In this document: piece after piece, positions 50,076 to 59,191 of the stretch
Position numbering within the stretch: the stretch's first letter is position 1
Layout: each line of letters opens with the position of its first letter
From: an uncultured Alphaproteobacteria bacterium
Lineage (GTDB): Bacteria; Pseudomonadota; Alphaproteobacteria; Rs-D84
Assembly (NCBI GenBank): GCA_947053455.1
Contig: CAMRSV010000001.1
Location: 96,001 to 160,000 of the forward strand
Length of the DNA stretch: 64,000 nt
Reading direction: 5' to 3'
The notes under the pieces: model-generated
Told to the model about the DNA's origin: nothing
Database searches by the model: none
The model's input: the letters and a program-made list of their open reading frames with translations, nothing else
Translations under genes and position numbers: made by a program

Positions 50076-50912
50076 TTAATATGAATTTGTGGCAAATTCA
50101 GCCAGTGCCTTTTTCAAGCTGTCGCGCCAATGCGGAACCGAAACACCAAAGTCACGAACAATATCATCCTTGTCAAGAACACTATAGTGCGGACGCTTCG
50201 CGGGCGTTGGATATTGCGCCGTATTTATCGGATTTACTTTACATTTCAAACCAGATAATTCCATTATGCTGTGCGCAAAATCATACCAAGAGCACGCGCC
50301 GGCATTTGAATAATGATATATTGCCTGCATTCCCGGCTTTATTTCGCCAGCAATTTTTACAATTGCCGCCGCCAAATCCGCCGCCCAAGTTGGTGTTCCA
50401 ATCTGATCTGCGACAACATTTAATTCTGCGCGTTCCGCCCCCAGGCGTCGCATTGTCTTTACAAAATTGTTTCCAAACGCCGAATATAACCATGCGGTGC
50501 GTATAATAACCGCAGTATTCGCCACACCCATAATTACATTTTCGCCTTGAAGTTTTGTTTGCCCATAAACCGATACAGGATTCGTTTTATCAGAAGGTGA
50601 ATATGGCCTGTGACCTTTGCCATCAAATACATAGTCCGTTGATATGTGAATTAACGGCACACCAGTTAATGCCAGATTGCGCACGCCATCAACATTAACA
50701 CGCCGCGCGATATCCGGTTCTGATTCCGCCTTGTCTACCGCGGTGTATGCAGCGCAATTTATTATCAAATCAATATTTTTTTCGCGCACAAAATTCATTA
50801 CATCCGTAGTACCCGTTATATCCAACATTTTAGAATCAGCAAAAACAGCATTCGGAATCAATCGGCGCAATTCGCACCCCAATTGCCCATTAGCCCCGGT
50901 AACCAACCACAT
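50076..50912 (-). CDS. rfbD: dTDP-4-dehydrorhamnose reductase
   Basis: GANGQLG, NCAAYTAVDKAE, ISTDYVFDG, YG.TK, DQIGTPT. Confidence 0.96.
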   Translation of the reverse strand: MWLVTGANGQLGCELRRLIPNAVFADSKMLDITGTTDVMNFVREKNIDLIINCAAYTAVDKAESEPDIARRVNVDGVRNLALTGVPLIHISTDYVFDGKGHRPYSPSDKTNPVSVYGQTKLQGENVIMGVANTAVIIRTAWLYSAFGNNFVKTMRRLGAERAELNVVADQIGTPTWAADLAAAIVKIAGEIKPGMQAIYHYSNAGACSWYDFAHSIMELSGLKCKVNPINTAQYPTPAKRPHYSVLDKDDIVRDFGVSVPHWRDSLKKALAEFATNSY

Positions 50913-51441
50913 CGTCAAATCCTTTTGCTAATTTATCTTTTTCAGAAATAACCGCCTTATCCGCTGGAATCCGCCAATCAATGCCGAACGCCGGGTCATC
51001 AAAACGCACACCGAATTCAGATTCCTTGTTATACAGGTTGTCGCACTTATATGCAAAAATTGCCGTTTCACTTAACACAGAAAATCCGTGCAGGAATCCG
51101 CGCGGCATAAACAATTGACGGTTGTTTTCCGCGGACAACTCAACGGCGACATGCTTTCCAAATGTCGGTGAACCCTCGCGAATATCAACCGCCACGTCAA
51201 GAACAGTTCCCTGCAAAACACGAACCAATTTCGCCTGGGCATGCTCGTCCAACTGGCAATGCAGGCCGCGAATAACACCATATGATGACTTTGATTGATT
51301 ATCCTGAACGAACTTGTTTGTTATTCCGTTTTTAATAAACTCTGCCTCGTTATAACTTTCGAAAAAGTACCCGCGGTCATCGGCGAAAACACGCGGTTCA
51401 ACAATAATGACACCTTCTATTTCGGTTTTTATAAAGTTCAT
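50890..51441 (-). CDS. rfbC: dTDP-4-dehydrorhamnose 3,5-epimerase
   Basis: DDRGYFFE, FVQDN.S.S..GVIRGLH, DVAVDIR, P.GF.HGF. Confidence 0.96.
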   Translation of the reverse strand: MNFIKTEIEGVIIVEPRVFADDRGYFFESYNEAEFIKNGITNKFVQDNQSKSSYGVIRGLHCQLDEHAQAKLVRVLQGTVLDVAVDIREGSPTFGKHVAVELSAENNRQLFMPRGFLHGFSVLSETAIFAYKCDNLYNKESEFGVRFDDPAFGIDWRIPADKAVISEKDKLAKGFDDVVGYRG

Positions 51442-51452
51442 TTTTTCACCAC

Positions 51453-52064
51453 TTATTCAAAACATTTTTTAAGAGCCGCACCAGTATCAACCTGGTCTAC
51501 GCGTTTGTTGCGTATTTCCTCGGCCGCCTTTATCTTTTGTTTTGCAATTATCAAATCCGGATGCGATTGCAGTTCTGTATTCAACCTGTCCACTGCATCA
51601 GATATTTCGGATTCAGTCCTAACAAATACAGGCATTATTGAATCCGCCGCCCCATAAACCGCATTATAAAGTTCGGTTTTATTATCTTCAATAACAGATA
51701 AATATGCGCGAATATGTTCATCTTCGTGTGATAAAATTGCATCATATGAACAGGTATCAGGACTGTGCCTCAAATCAATTTTAACCAGAAAATCACTGTA
51801 CCCTATTGTAGCCGCAACAGATTTTAACCCAACGCAAAATCCGTCTTCAATCGGTGTTATATCTGCCGTTATATCATAATTATCAACCATTGTCGCAATT
51901 ACGTTTCCATGCAAATAATCCATCGGTGTCAAGGGTTGTACAACCTCCTTGGTCCAATCGGGTGTTTCGATATCAATTCGCGGCTTTAGTTTATAATCCA
52001 GGCAATCATCAGCACGCGCCGACATCGCAAAAATTAAAAGAAATCCGATAATAAACCGTTTCAT
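51453..52064 (-). CDS. Secreted protein with HExxH motif (DUF922-like putative peptidase)
   Basis: Signal peptide; C.Y.AILSHEDEHI. Confidence 0.6.
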   Translation of the reverse strand: MKRFIIGFLLIFAMSARADDCLDYKLKPRIDIETPDWTKEVVQPLTPMDYLHGNVIATMVDNYDITADITPIEDGFCVGLKSVAATIGYSDFLVKIDLRHSPDTCSYDAILSHEDEHIRAYLSVIEDNKTELYNAVYGAADSIMPVFVRTESEISDAVDRLNTELQSHPDLIIAKQKIKAAEEIRNKRVDQVDTGAALKKCFE

Positions 52065-52124
52065 ACCATGATTATATCGGATAAAAATGTAAATTTCTAT
52101 TATTTTAATCAGGCAACGCCATCG

Positions 52125-54545
52125 TTAAAAATCACCGGCACCCTGCTTTTTTAGGTATTCGGCAACAAATGCGCTGCCGTATTGACGGTATAGTTCCTCG
52201 GCCAACAACACTGACGAACGACCGGATTCAAACAGTCGCAATAAACTACCCAGTCCGCCCAGTTCTGTATTTAAAATAACAGATTCACCGGTCACTGGCC
52301 GCGATAACAATACCGCGCGTTTTAGATTCGGATATGCCTTGCCCTGAATAAACGCCATTTCAATCGGATTTAGATTCCAATGTGCATAATCGTTTGCGTC
52401 CGCCCCGGGATTACGGAAGAACATCACCGTCTGCACCTGGCCACGAACAACGTCGCCAATCCCCAGTTTATCTAAAACGTTCGCACGCTGAAACGCGACC
52501 ATGTATGCCTGGCGATTTTTGCGCCCTTCCTGCAGGCCCATTATAAAATTATCACGGAACATCTTGTTTTCCAGCATTGGCGCCGTTTCGTCAATCATAA
52601 TCAGTGACGGATTACCGCCAGATACGGTTATATTATTAATTCTGTGCAATATATAAGATATAACCGCAGGGGCAAGCGTCTCGTCCTGTAATATATCTGT
52701 AAAGTCAAATGTGGTAAGTCGCGCCTGCAAATCAAGCGTATCGGACGCATCATTAAACATGTCGCCGTACTGCAACGGATCAACCCATTTTTTCAGCGCC
52801 GGACGCATGTTGCCCGCGGATGAAAAACAACTTTCCCACAAGTTTTTAAGCAATCTGTCACGTTCGGGCAAATAATCAAAATTTACCGAAACCGCACGCG
52901 CGATTTCATCCATGGACGTGGCGTCATTTTGCCCTGTTATCATTGCAAACCAACGTCGCAGGAACGCCCTGTTTGCCGCTGTGTCCGCCATTTTCAGCGG
53001 ATTCAGACGTGTTTCAAATTGTGCGGCCATGGGGTCGGTGTTTTTTTCGCGCCCTTGCATTGTGACATATTTTCCACCAACCGAAAGTGTAAATATCTCT
53101 GCACCCTTGTTTCTATCAAAGAAAAAGGCTTTTAACTTTTGATGACGCATTGCCTGCGCAATCAGGAAACTAAACAACGTAGTTTTACCACCACCGGTCG
53201 GCCCTATGGTAAGGGTATGCCCCACCGCCGCGGGTGCATCAGATACATGAAATTGAAACTGATACGGGGTTCCCTGCGCCGTCGGGAATACAACCAATGG
53301 TCCCGACCCCCAGTCGGAATTTGCAACACCACGCGGCTGGGTTGACATGGGAATGCTTATCGCGGCCGTCCGCGACAACATCTTGAAACTGCGCGGAAAA
53401 ACATCAAAACCCGGAATCTGTGAAAACCACGAAACCTTTGATGCAAATGTTTCAACAATTGGCGACACACCAAAAGACGCGGAAATCTTTCTAAATTCAT
53501 CGATATATTTATCCAGTTTCCCCGGCGTTTTTCCAAACAATACGAACAACGGATAATAATTTACCAAGCTTTGATTACCGGACAGATTTTCATCCATCGC
53601 GCGATTTGCGGCGTCAATCTGGGAATGAGTGGAATCATTTTCCTCTTCTGCGGTTGTGCGACGCTGACGCAGGGCAACCTCTACATCCGCGGCGCCCATT
53701 ACGCGGAAACCGTTCATACAAATCATTTCAGTCTGAATTGTGGAAACGGTGGTAAAAAATTCCTCGTCCAGGTAATCGGGCGATATGCGAAAGGACAACA
53801 TCGCCGCATAAGATTCTTCGTTGCCGCTTATATACCTAACCAGGCCATTTTGCAAAAATTCCACATTATCAACGGCAACCAAATCAGAAATATTGTTATC
53901 ACACACGGCGGGCGTGGGCTTTGAAATCGGGGACAAAATACGCCCAAAAAATCGCGCCATATTGTCTGGCGACGTATTTTTCAATACGCTTGGTCTGTAC
54001 GCCGCCAAAATCGATTCAATGTAATTTCCATACTGATTTAATTTGCCACGCGCGGACGCACCAGACACCGACAGCACAATATAATAACTGTTCAGAAAAA
54101 TGCGCAATCCCTGCGATTTCCATTTGTCATATATTTTTTGCAGCACAGGCTGATGAAACTCGTAATCTGTGTTTTCGTCGGCTGCGTCACGAACCATATA
54201 AAAACGCAAAGTGACACTGGGGTCATGTATCTGGTTGAACAATTGCGTGCGTAAATCCAAAAATTTTTCACGGGTTGCGTCATCTTGCATACTGGTTTGA
54301 ACCCCAACAACACGATATACACGAACAAGTGACCCGTCCGTTAATTCAATTGAATTATCGTCAAAAACTGTCTTGAACGGCAGGTATCTGGCATATGATG
54401 CATAGCCAAACCGAGGAAACACCCGGCGAACCAATGCCGGCACGTACATCATCATCACAACAAAGACCAGCACCGTTATCATCGCCAGAACGATTGTTGT
54501 TATCGGGAATCCGCCACCTGCAAAGTATTCAAAAAATCCGTTCAT
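52125..54545 (-). CDS. virB4: Type IV secretion ATPase VirB4
   Basis: NSDWG, GHT..IGPTGGGKTT, FFDRNKG, LNP, IMIDE, RK.....FQ. Confidence 0.9.
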   Translation of the reverse strand: MNGFFEYFAGGGFPITTIVLAMITVLVFVVMMMYVPALVRRVFPRFGYASYARYLPFKTVFDDNSIELTDGSLVRVYRVVGVQTSMQDDATREKFLDLRTQLFNQIHDPSVTLRFYMVRDAADENTDYEFHQPVLQKIYDKWKSQGLRIFLNSYYIVLSVSGASARGKLNQYGNYIESILAAYRPSVLKNTSPDNMARFFGRILSPISKPTPAVCDNNISDLVAVDNVEFLQNGLVRYISGNEESYAAMLSFRISPDYLDEEFFTTVSTIQTEMICMNGFRVMGAADVEVALRQRRTTAEEENDSTHSQIDAANRAMDENLSGNQSLVNYYPLFVLFGKTPGKLDKYIDEFRKISASFGVSPIVETFASKVSWFSQIPGFDVFPRSFKMLSRTAAISIPMSTQPRGVANSDWGSGPLVVFPTAQGTPYQFQFHVSDAPAAVGHTLTIGPTGGGKTTLFSFLIAQAMRHQKLKAFFFDRNKGAEIFTLSVGGKYVTMQGREKNTDPMAAQFETRLNPLKMADTAANRAFLRRWFAMITGQNDATSMDEIARAVSVNFDYLPERDRLLKNLWESCFSSAGNMRPALKKWVDPLQYGDMFNDASDTLDLQARLTTFDFTDILQDETLAPAVISYILHRINNITVSGGNPSLIMIDETAPMLENKMFRDNFIMGLQEGRKNRQAYMVAFQRANVLDKLGIGDVVRGQVQTVMFFRNPGADANDYAHWNLNPIEMAFIQGKAYPNLKRAVLLSRPVTGESVILNTELGGLGSLLRLFESGRSSVLLAEELYRQYGSAFVAEYLKKQGAGDF

Positions 54546-54548
54546 ATT

Positions 54549-54845
54549 TTACGCCACCAGTTTATTCGGTATCTTTTTTTTCATCAGTTGTATTTTTGCC
54601 GCGACAATCTGACCCAGTTGTGGATCGCGCTTTGAAAATGCCGCCAAAATCATATGTACCACAATGACGGACAACAAAAACCACAAAGGATTAATTACAC
54701 CCTGCCCCTTTGTAAGAACCAAGCTTACGACAAAAATCGCCATAAATATCAAAAACTGAAGGGTAAAGTTTATCACAGCCAGCATATATGGCACATAAAA
54801 TATACGCGCCGGGTTTGCCAATGCTTTCAGAACTTGCTGTTTCAT
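54549..54845 (-). CDS. virB3: VirB3-like inner membrane protein
   Basis: KALANPARIFYVP N-motif, two TM segments, DP motif; GGGGAG SD; precedes virB4. Confidence 0.78.
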   Translation of the reverse strand: MKQQVLKALANPARIFYVPYMLAVINFTLQFLIFMAIFVVSLVLTKGQGVINPLWFLLSVIVVHMILAAFSKRDPQLGQIVAAKIQLMKKKIPNKLVA

Positions 54846-54859
54846 AATCTCTCCCCTTG

Positions 54860-55115
54860 TGTTAAAAATTATAACAATTTCAACAATTTTCAACAAGCAT
54901 AAAAAATATATGAAATATTTTGTTAAAAGTGTTGAAAACATGATAGTTTTTTAACAGTTAATTAAATGCATAAGTTTTCAACAAATTTCTAAAAATCCGC
55001 AGAAAATTAACAAAAAATTGTTGAAAACTTGTTAAAAAATACATAATAAACGTTTTCAACAGTTTCAACAGGCACTATAAAAACAACAAATAATATAATA
55101 ATTATTTGATTTTTT
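54860..55115. other. Putative chromosomal replication origin (oriC)
   Basis: Five exact TTTTCAACA/TGTTGAAAA 9-mers plus about five near matches; tandem boxes then GGC then an AT-rich trio-like tract. Confidence 0.7.
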
Positions 55116-55155
55116 CCAAAAAGCGTTTATAATCGGCAGGTAAAAAGGATTTGAT

Positions 55156-55290
55156 ATGAAATTTTTAAGTTCATTAAAGGCTTGGAAAAAACGCGGCAAT
55201 GTAAAACAGATTCGTCGTGGTAAGCAGATTATCCTGATTGATCCGGATAATCCGAAATTCAAGGCCAAGCAGGGCTTTAAGAAAAAATAA
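55156..55290 (+). CDS. rpmJ: 50S ribosomal protein L36 (zinc-free type B), divergent
   Basis: MKFLSSLKAWKKRGNVKQIRRGKQIILIDPDNPKFKAKQGFKKK; AAGGA SD; below the ORF-track cutoff. Confidence 0.85.
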   Translation: MKFLSSLKAWKKRGNVKQIRRGKQIILIDPDNPKFKAKQGFKKK

Positions 55291-55350
55291 AGCCGATTGT
55301 CGTAATTGCGACATATGATATTTATGCCCTTTATCGGGCATATTTTTTAT

Positions 55351-56031
55351 TTAAAATAACGGCAAATCATTCATAAATGCGTCACGCATGGCGACGTCTA
55401 CCTCTGCCCTGGACAGACCGGCCGAACGTAAAAATTCTATTTGTGGTTTGGTCGGGTGAAAAATTGCAGCGCCGTGTTCGGCTGATTTAGGAATGGCATT
55501 TATTCTTTGCATGGGCATGAATGTTATTTTTGCCGTTTTGTCCGACAACGCCGAAAAAGATATGTCGGAAATTACGGATGTTGCGTTTCTTTCAATTTCA
55601 GCCGCACCAGACAATTTTGTCACCGAATTTTTATTTGCAACGATTTTTGTGTTAATTAAAATCGTTGTATTTGGCGCCAAATGTTTTGCGTTTATATTCA
55701 AATTAAATGTGTCGCTGTTTTCAATAATAACATGACAACGAATTTCAGAATTTTCCCCGATGTTTTTTATAAAAAAATTCAAAAAGGCCGGCTTTTTATT
55801 TTTTAAATTTACGCTAACAAACACTTTTTGATGTGCCACCCGCAGGTCTATGTTCAATTCATTTTGACCAGATAATTCACCGACATATATTATATGAATT
55901 GGCAAATCATAGTTTTTATCTATTACCCCGTTATTTATTGTCGACAATTCGGGTACAAACACGCCGTCACGGTAAACTATTGTTTCCGCGGGAAATGTTT
56001 TTATATTGAATTGATTCCACATGTATGACAT
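55351..56031 (-). CDS. SufB/SufD-like beta-helix protein (short)
   Basis: H..P.T, P...I......A.HGA.I, QI.FL.S.GLS..E.....AF C-terminal SufBD pattern. Confidence 0.72.
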   Translation of the reverse strand: MSYMWNQFNIKTFPAETIVYRDGVFVPELSTINNGVIDKNYDLPIHIIYVGELSGQNELNIDLRVAHQKVFVSVNLKNKKPAFLNFFIKNIGENSEIRCHVIIENSDTFNLNINAKHLAPNTTILINTKIVANKNSVTKLSGAAEIERNATSVISDISFSALSDKTAKITFMPMQRINAIPKSAEHGAAIFHPTKPQIEFLRSAGLSRAEVDVAMRDAFMNDLPLF

Positions 56032-56058
56032 ATTATTTGCATTATAAAGGATTTTGAC

Positions 56059-57138
56059 ATGGGATTCAATTGTGGAATTGTCGGCCTGCCGAATGTTGGT
56101 AAATCGACACTATTTAATGCCTTGACGCAAAGCGCCGCCGCAGACGCGCAAAATTATCCGTTCTGTACAATAGAACCAAATACCGGACGTGTGGTTGTGC
56201 CGGATGCAACACTAATGCAGTTGGCGGGCGCCGCAAAGTCGCAAAAGATTATTCCGACACAACTGGAAATAGTTGATATTGCGGGTCTGGTCAAGGGTGC
56301 AAGTGCTGGCGAGGGACTTGGAAACAAATTTCTGGGAAATATCTTGGCGACGGACGCAATAATTCATGTTGTTCGCTGCTTTGAAAATGATGACATAGTT
56401 CATGTCAATGGCCGTATTGACCCGTTGATGGACATTGAAACCATTGAAACGGAATTAATGCTGGCGGATATGGAAAGTCTGGAAAAGCAGATAAAAAATT
56501 TAGAGAAAAAAGCACGCGGACTTGATAAAGAGGCGGCAAAGTTGTTGTCTGATGCATGTGCCATTCGTGATGCGTTATCACGCGGCGTGCCGGCACGTTC
56601 GGGTGACACAGATGCGGCGCCGTTTAATCTGCTAACGGCAAAGCCGGTGATTTATGTTTGTAATGTAGAGGAATCTGCCGCCGCGCATGGCAACAAATAT
56701 TCGGACATGGTTCGTGAAAAATTTGGAAACAATGCGCCGGTGTTGGTAATATCATCAAAAATCGAAATGGAAATCTCTCAAATTGTAGATTTAGATGAAC
56801 GTAAAATGTTTTTGGATGATTTGGGGCTAAACGAATCCGGCCTTGATAAGGTTATAAAGACTGGTTATGCAACGCTTGGTCTGCAGACATTTTATACAAT
56901 CGGTCCCAAGGAAGCGCACGCATGGACAATTACGCGCGGGATGACCGCCCCCCAGGCGGCCGGAAAAATCCACACCGATTTTGAAAAAGGATTTATTCGT
57001 GCAGAAATTATAACACCGGCGGATTTTTTGGAGTTTGGTGGCGAAGTTGCCGTCAAAGAGGCAGGTCGCATGAAACTTGTCGGGCGCGATTATATAATGC
57101 AAGATGGGGATATTTGTCATTTCCTGTTTAATAATTAA
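56059..57138 (+). CDS. ychF: Ribosome-associated ATPase YchF
   Basis: GIVGLPNVGKSTLFNALT, NYPFCTIEPN, DIAGLV, IHTDFEKGFIRAE. Confidence 0.97.
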   Translation: MGFNCGIVGLPNVGKSTLFNALTQSAAADAQNYPFCTIEPNTGRVVVPDATLMQLAGAAKSQKIIPTQLEIVDIAGLVKGASAGEGLGNKFLGNILATDAIIHVVRCFENDDIVHVNGRIDPLMDIETIETELMLADMESLEKQIKNLEKKARGLDKEAAKLLSDACAIRDALSRGVPARSGDTDAAPFNLLTAKPVIYVCNVEESAAAHGNKYSDMVREKFGNNAPVLVISSKIEMEISQIVDLDERKMFLDDLGLNESGLDKVIKTGYATLGLQTFYTIGPKEAHAWTITRGMTAPQAAGKIHTDFEKGFIRAEIITPADFLEFGGEVAVKEAGRMKLVGRDYIMQDGDICHFLFNN

Positions 57139-57146
57139 AAGATTAT

Positions 57147-57174
57147 AAAAATACCGGCATTGGCCGGTATTTTT
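57147..57174. terminator. Bidirectional terminator
   Basis: AAAAATACCGGC-attg-GCCGGTATTTTT. Confidence 0.8.
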
Positions 57175-58792
57175 ATATTGAAATAAGTGTTTCCAGTTTG
57201 TCGTTTGTGCGTGCAATCTCGTTGTCTATGTGCATGATTTCTTCGCGTGCCGACACATCGCCATTTAACATTTTTGACATTAATTCGCGTTTTTGTAAAT
57301 TTAGTTTTTCAATATATTTTTGTGCCTTTAACGACACTAGATATTTTTCGGCACCTTCATGTGATAGATTAATGTCTGTTGTGTCACGGTCAAAATCTAT
57401 GTTTAGCGACGCCAGAAAATCGCCATATCTTTCTGCCAAATCTGGGTATGTGCCGATGATATAGACCAGTGTATTTATCGTGACAGTATCAATTTCCGGC
57501 ACAGGTGCGGCAGTTTTTGTATTGCCGCCCCGCTTCCATTTATGCCATTGGTTGAATTTTCGTGAATCATATTCATTGGCGTATTCGCGACGCAGACCAG
57601 AATCTTGTATTTTTTCGAGTTCTTTATTTAAAAACTTTTCCGCGGCTGCCCGCCCGCCCGGTGTCGAAACAAGAAAATTGCTGTTTGTTGTATTCCATAA
57701 GAAATCCACCAATGGTGTTGCATCGTCTATAATTTTGCGCATCTGCGCTTCACCGCCATTTTTTAATACTTCGTCTGGGTCTTTACCGCTTGTTACAAAG
57801 GCAAAACGAATGTCAGATGTATCGCGTAAAAACGGCATGACAATTGTACATGCGCGTGCGGCGGCCTTTTGTCCCGCTTTATCCCCGTCAAAGCAAAATG
57901 TGATATTTCGATTTGATTTGCATAATATTGCGATATGGTCTTCGGTCAATGCGGTACCAAGCGGCGCGACCGTTTCGCCAAAACCATGTGATTGCATTTG
58001 AATGGCATCAATCTGACCTTCGACAACTATGCTGCGGCCGGAACGGTAAATTGCGTCGCGTGCAAAGTTTAAACCGAATATTGTTTTGCGCTTGTGAAAC
58101 ATTTCGGTATCAGTCGTGTTCATGTATTTGGGTTCGCTTCCATCCATGCTGCGGCCAGAAAATGCGACAATTTGTCCACGTGCGTTGAATATTGGGAACA
58201 TTAAACGGTCACGGAAAAAATCGTACATTCCGTATTCGCCCCGCCGGCAAAGCCCGGTTGAAACAAGTGCATCCTGTTTCACGTTTGCCATTGTGTTTGC
58301 GATAATATTATTTTTAGGCGCGTATCCGATGCGGTATTTTTTTATCATTTCATCCGTAAAGCCGCGTCCACGTATATATGAAAGTGCATGCGCGCCCGTG
58401 TCTTCGAATAACTTTTGCTGGTATAATTTTGCAGCGCGTTCTGTAATTGATAAATATGTGTCTTCGCGGGCAACCTGCGCTGGGTCACGCGGTTTGTATT
58501 CTGGTAATTTTAATCCGGCTTGGTTGGCAAGTTCCGCAATCGCCGCGCGGAAATCCATATTGTTCGTTTTCATTGTAAACGAAATTATGTCGCCGTGTTC
58601 CCCACATCCGAAACAATGGTAAAACCCCTTTTCCTCGTTTACAGAGAAACTGGCGGTTTTTTCATTATGGAACGGACAGCAACCCCAGTAATTCTGCCCC
58701 TTTTTGGTAAGCGGTACACGCCGCCCAACAACATCCACGATTGACAATCGTGTACGCAGTTCATCTGTAAAATTGCGGTCATATGACGGCAT
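57173..58792 (-). CDS. dnaG: DNA primase
   Basis: CPFH.EKT.SF, CFGC, R.MFPI, PKY.N, VEG..D, GTALT, FDGD.AG. Confidence 0.96.
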   Translation of the reverse strand: MPSYDRNFTDELRTRLSIVDVVGRRVPLTKKGQNYWGCCPFHNEKTASFSVNEEKGFYHCFGCGEHGDIISFTMKTNNMDFRAAIAELANQAGLKLPEYKPRDPAQVAREDTYLSITERAAKLYQQKLFEDTGAHALSYIRGRGFTDEMIKKYRIGYAPKNNIIANTMANVKQDALVSTGLCRRGEYGMYDFFRDRLMFPIFNARGQIVAFSGRSMDGSEPKYMNTTDTEMFHKRKTIFGLNFARDAIYRSGRSIVVEGQIDAIQMQSHGFGETVAPLGTALTEDHIAILCKSNRNITFCFDGDKAGQKAAARACTIVMPFLRDTSDIRFAFVTSGKDPDEVLKNGGEAQMRKIIDDATPLVDFLWNTTNSNFLVSTPGGRAAAEKFLNKELEKIQDSGLRREYANEYDSRKFNQWHKWKRGGNTKTAAPVPEIDTVTINTLVYIIGTYPDLAERYGDFLASLNIDFDRDTTDINLSHEGAEKYLVSLKAQKYIEKLNLQKRELMSKMLNGDVSAREEIMHIDNEIARTNDKLETLISI

Positions 58793-58795
58793 TTG

Positions 58796-59191
58796 TTATC
58801 TCTGTAGTGCGTGTTGCGCCTTTTCAAATATTTTTTTTGCACGATTCCCGTAAAAGCAATAGTTATTAAGATTCTCGTCTTCAACTTTTACACTGTATTC
58901 AGGACCCACACATAAACCAGAGTGGACAGCAGTTATACGCATGTCTTTTATATCCATAAAAATAATAGAACTACGAAACAGATTTATATTTTCCGAAATA
59001 TTCTTTGGGGTACCAGACATCAGTTTTTTGAATAACAACCATTTTTCAAAAAAGTTTAATTTTTTGGGTGAATCCATTTTTTTAATATCTATTTGAAACT
59101 CTTGTTGAATATTTTTCAATTCAATACGGTAGCGTATTGTCTGGATTTCATCTTTTATATTTTGAATTTTGTTTTTGATATATTGTTTCAT
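58796..59191 (-). CDS. Hypothetical AT-rich protein inserted between topA and dnaG
   Basis: 131 aa ORF, ATGA overlap with topA stop, low GC. Confidence 0.6.
   Translation of the reverse strand: MKQYIKNKIQNIKDEIQTIRYRIELKNIQQEFQIDIKKMDSPKKLNFFEKWLLFKKLMSGTPKNISENINLFRSSIIFMDIKDMRITAVHSGLCVGPEYSVKVEDENLNNYCFYGNRAKKIFEKAQHALQR

Noticed and set aside
54860-55075. Repeated TTTTCAACA as a CRISPR array or iterons
   Set aside because: Repeats are 9 bp, irregularly spaced and in both orientations, with no cas or rep gene; they fit DnaA boxes better.
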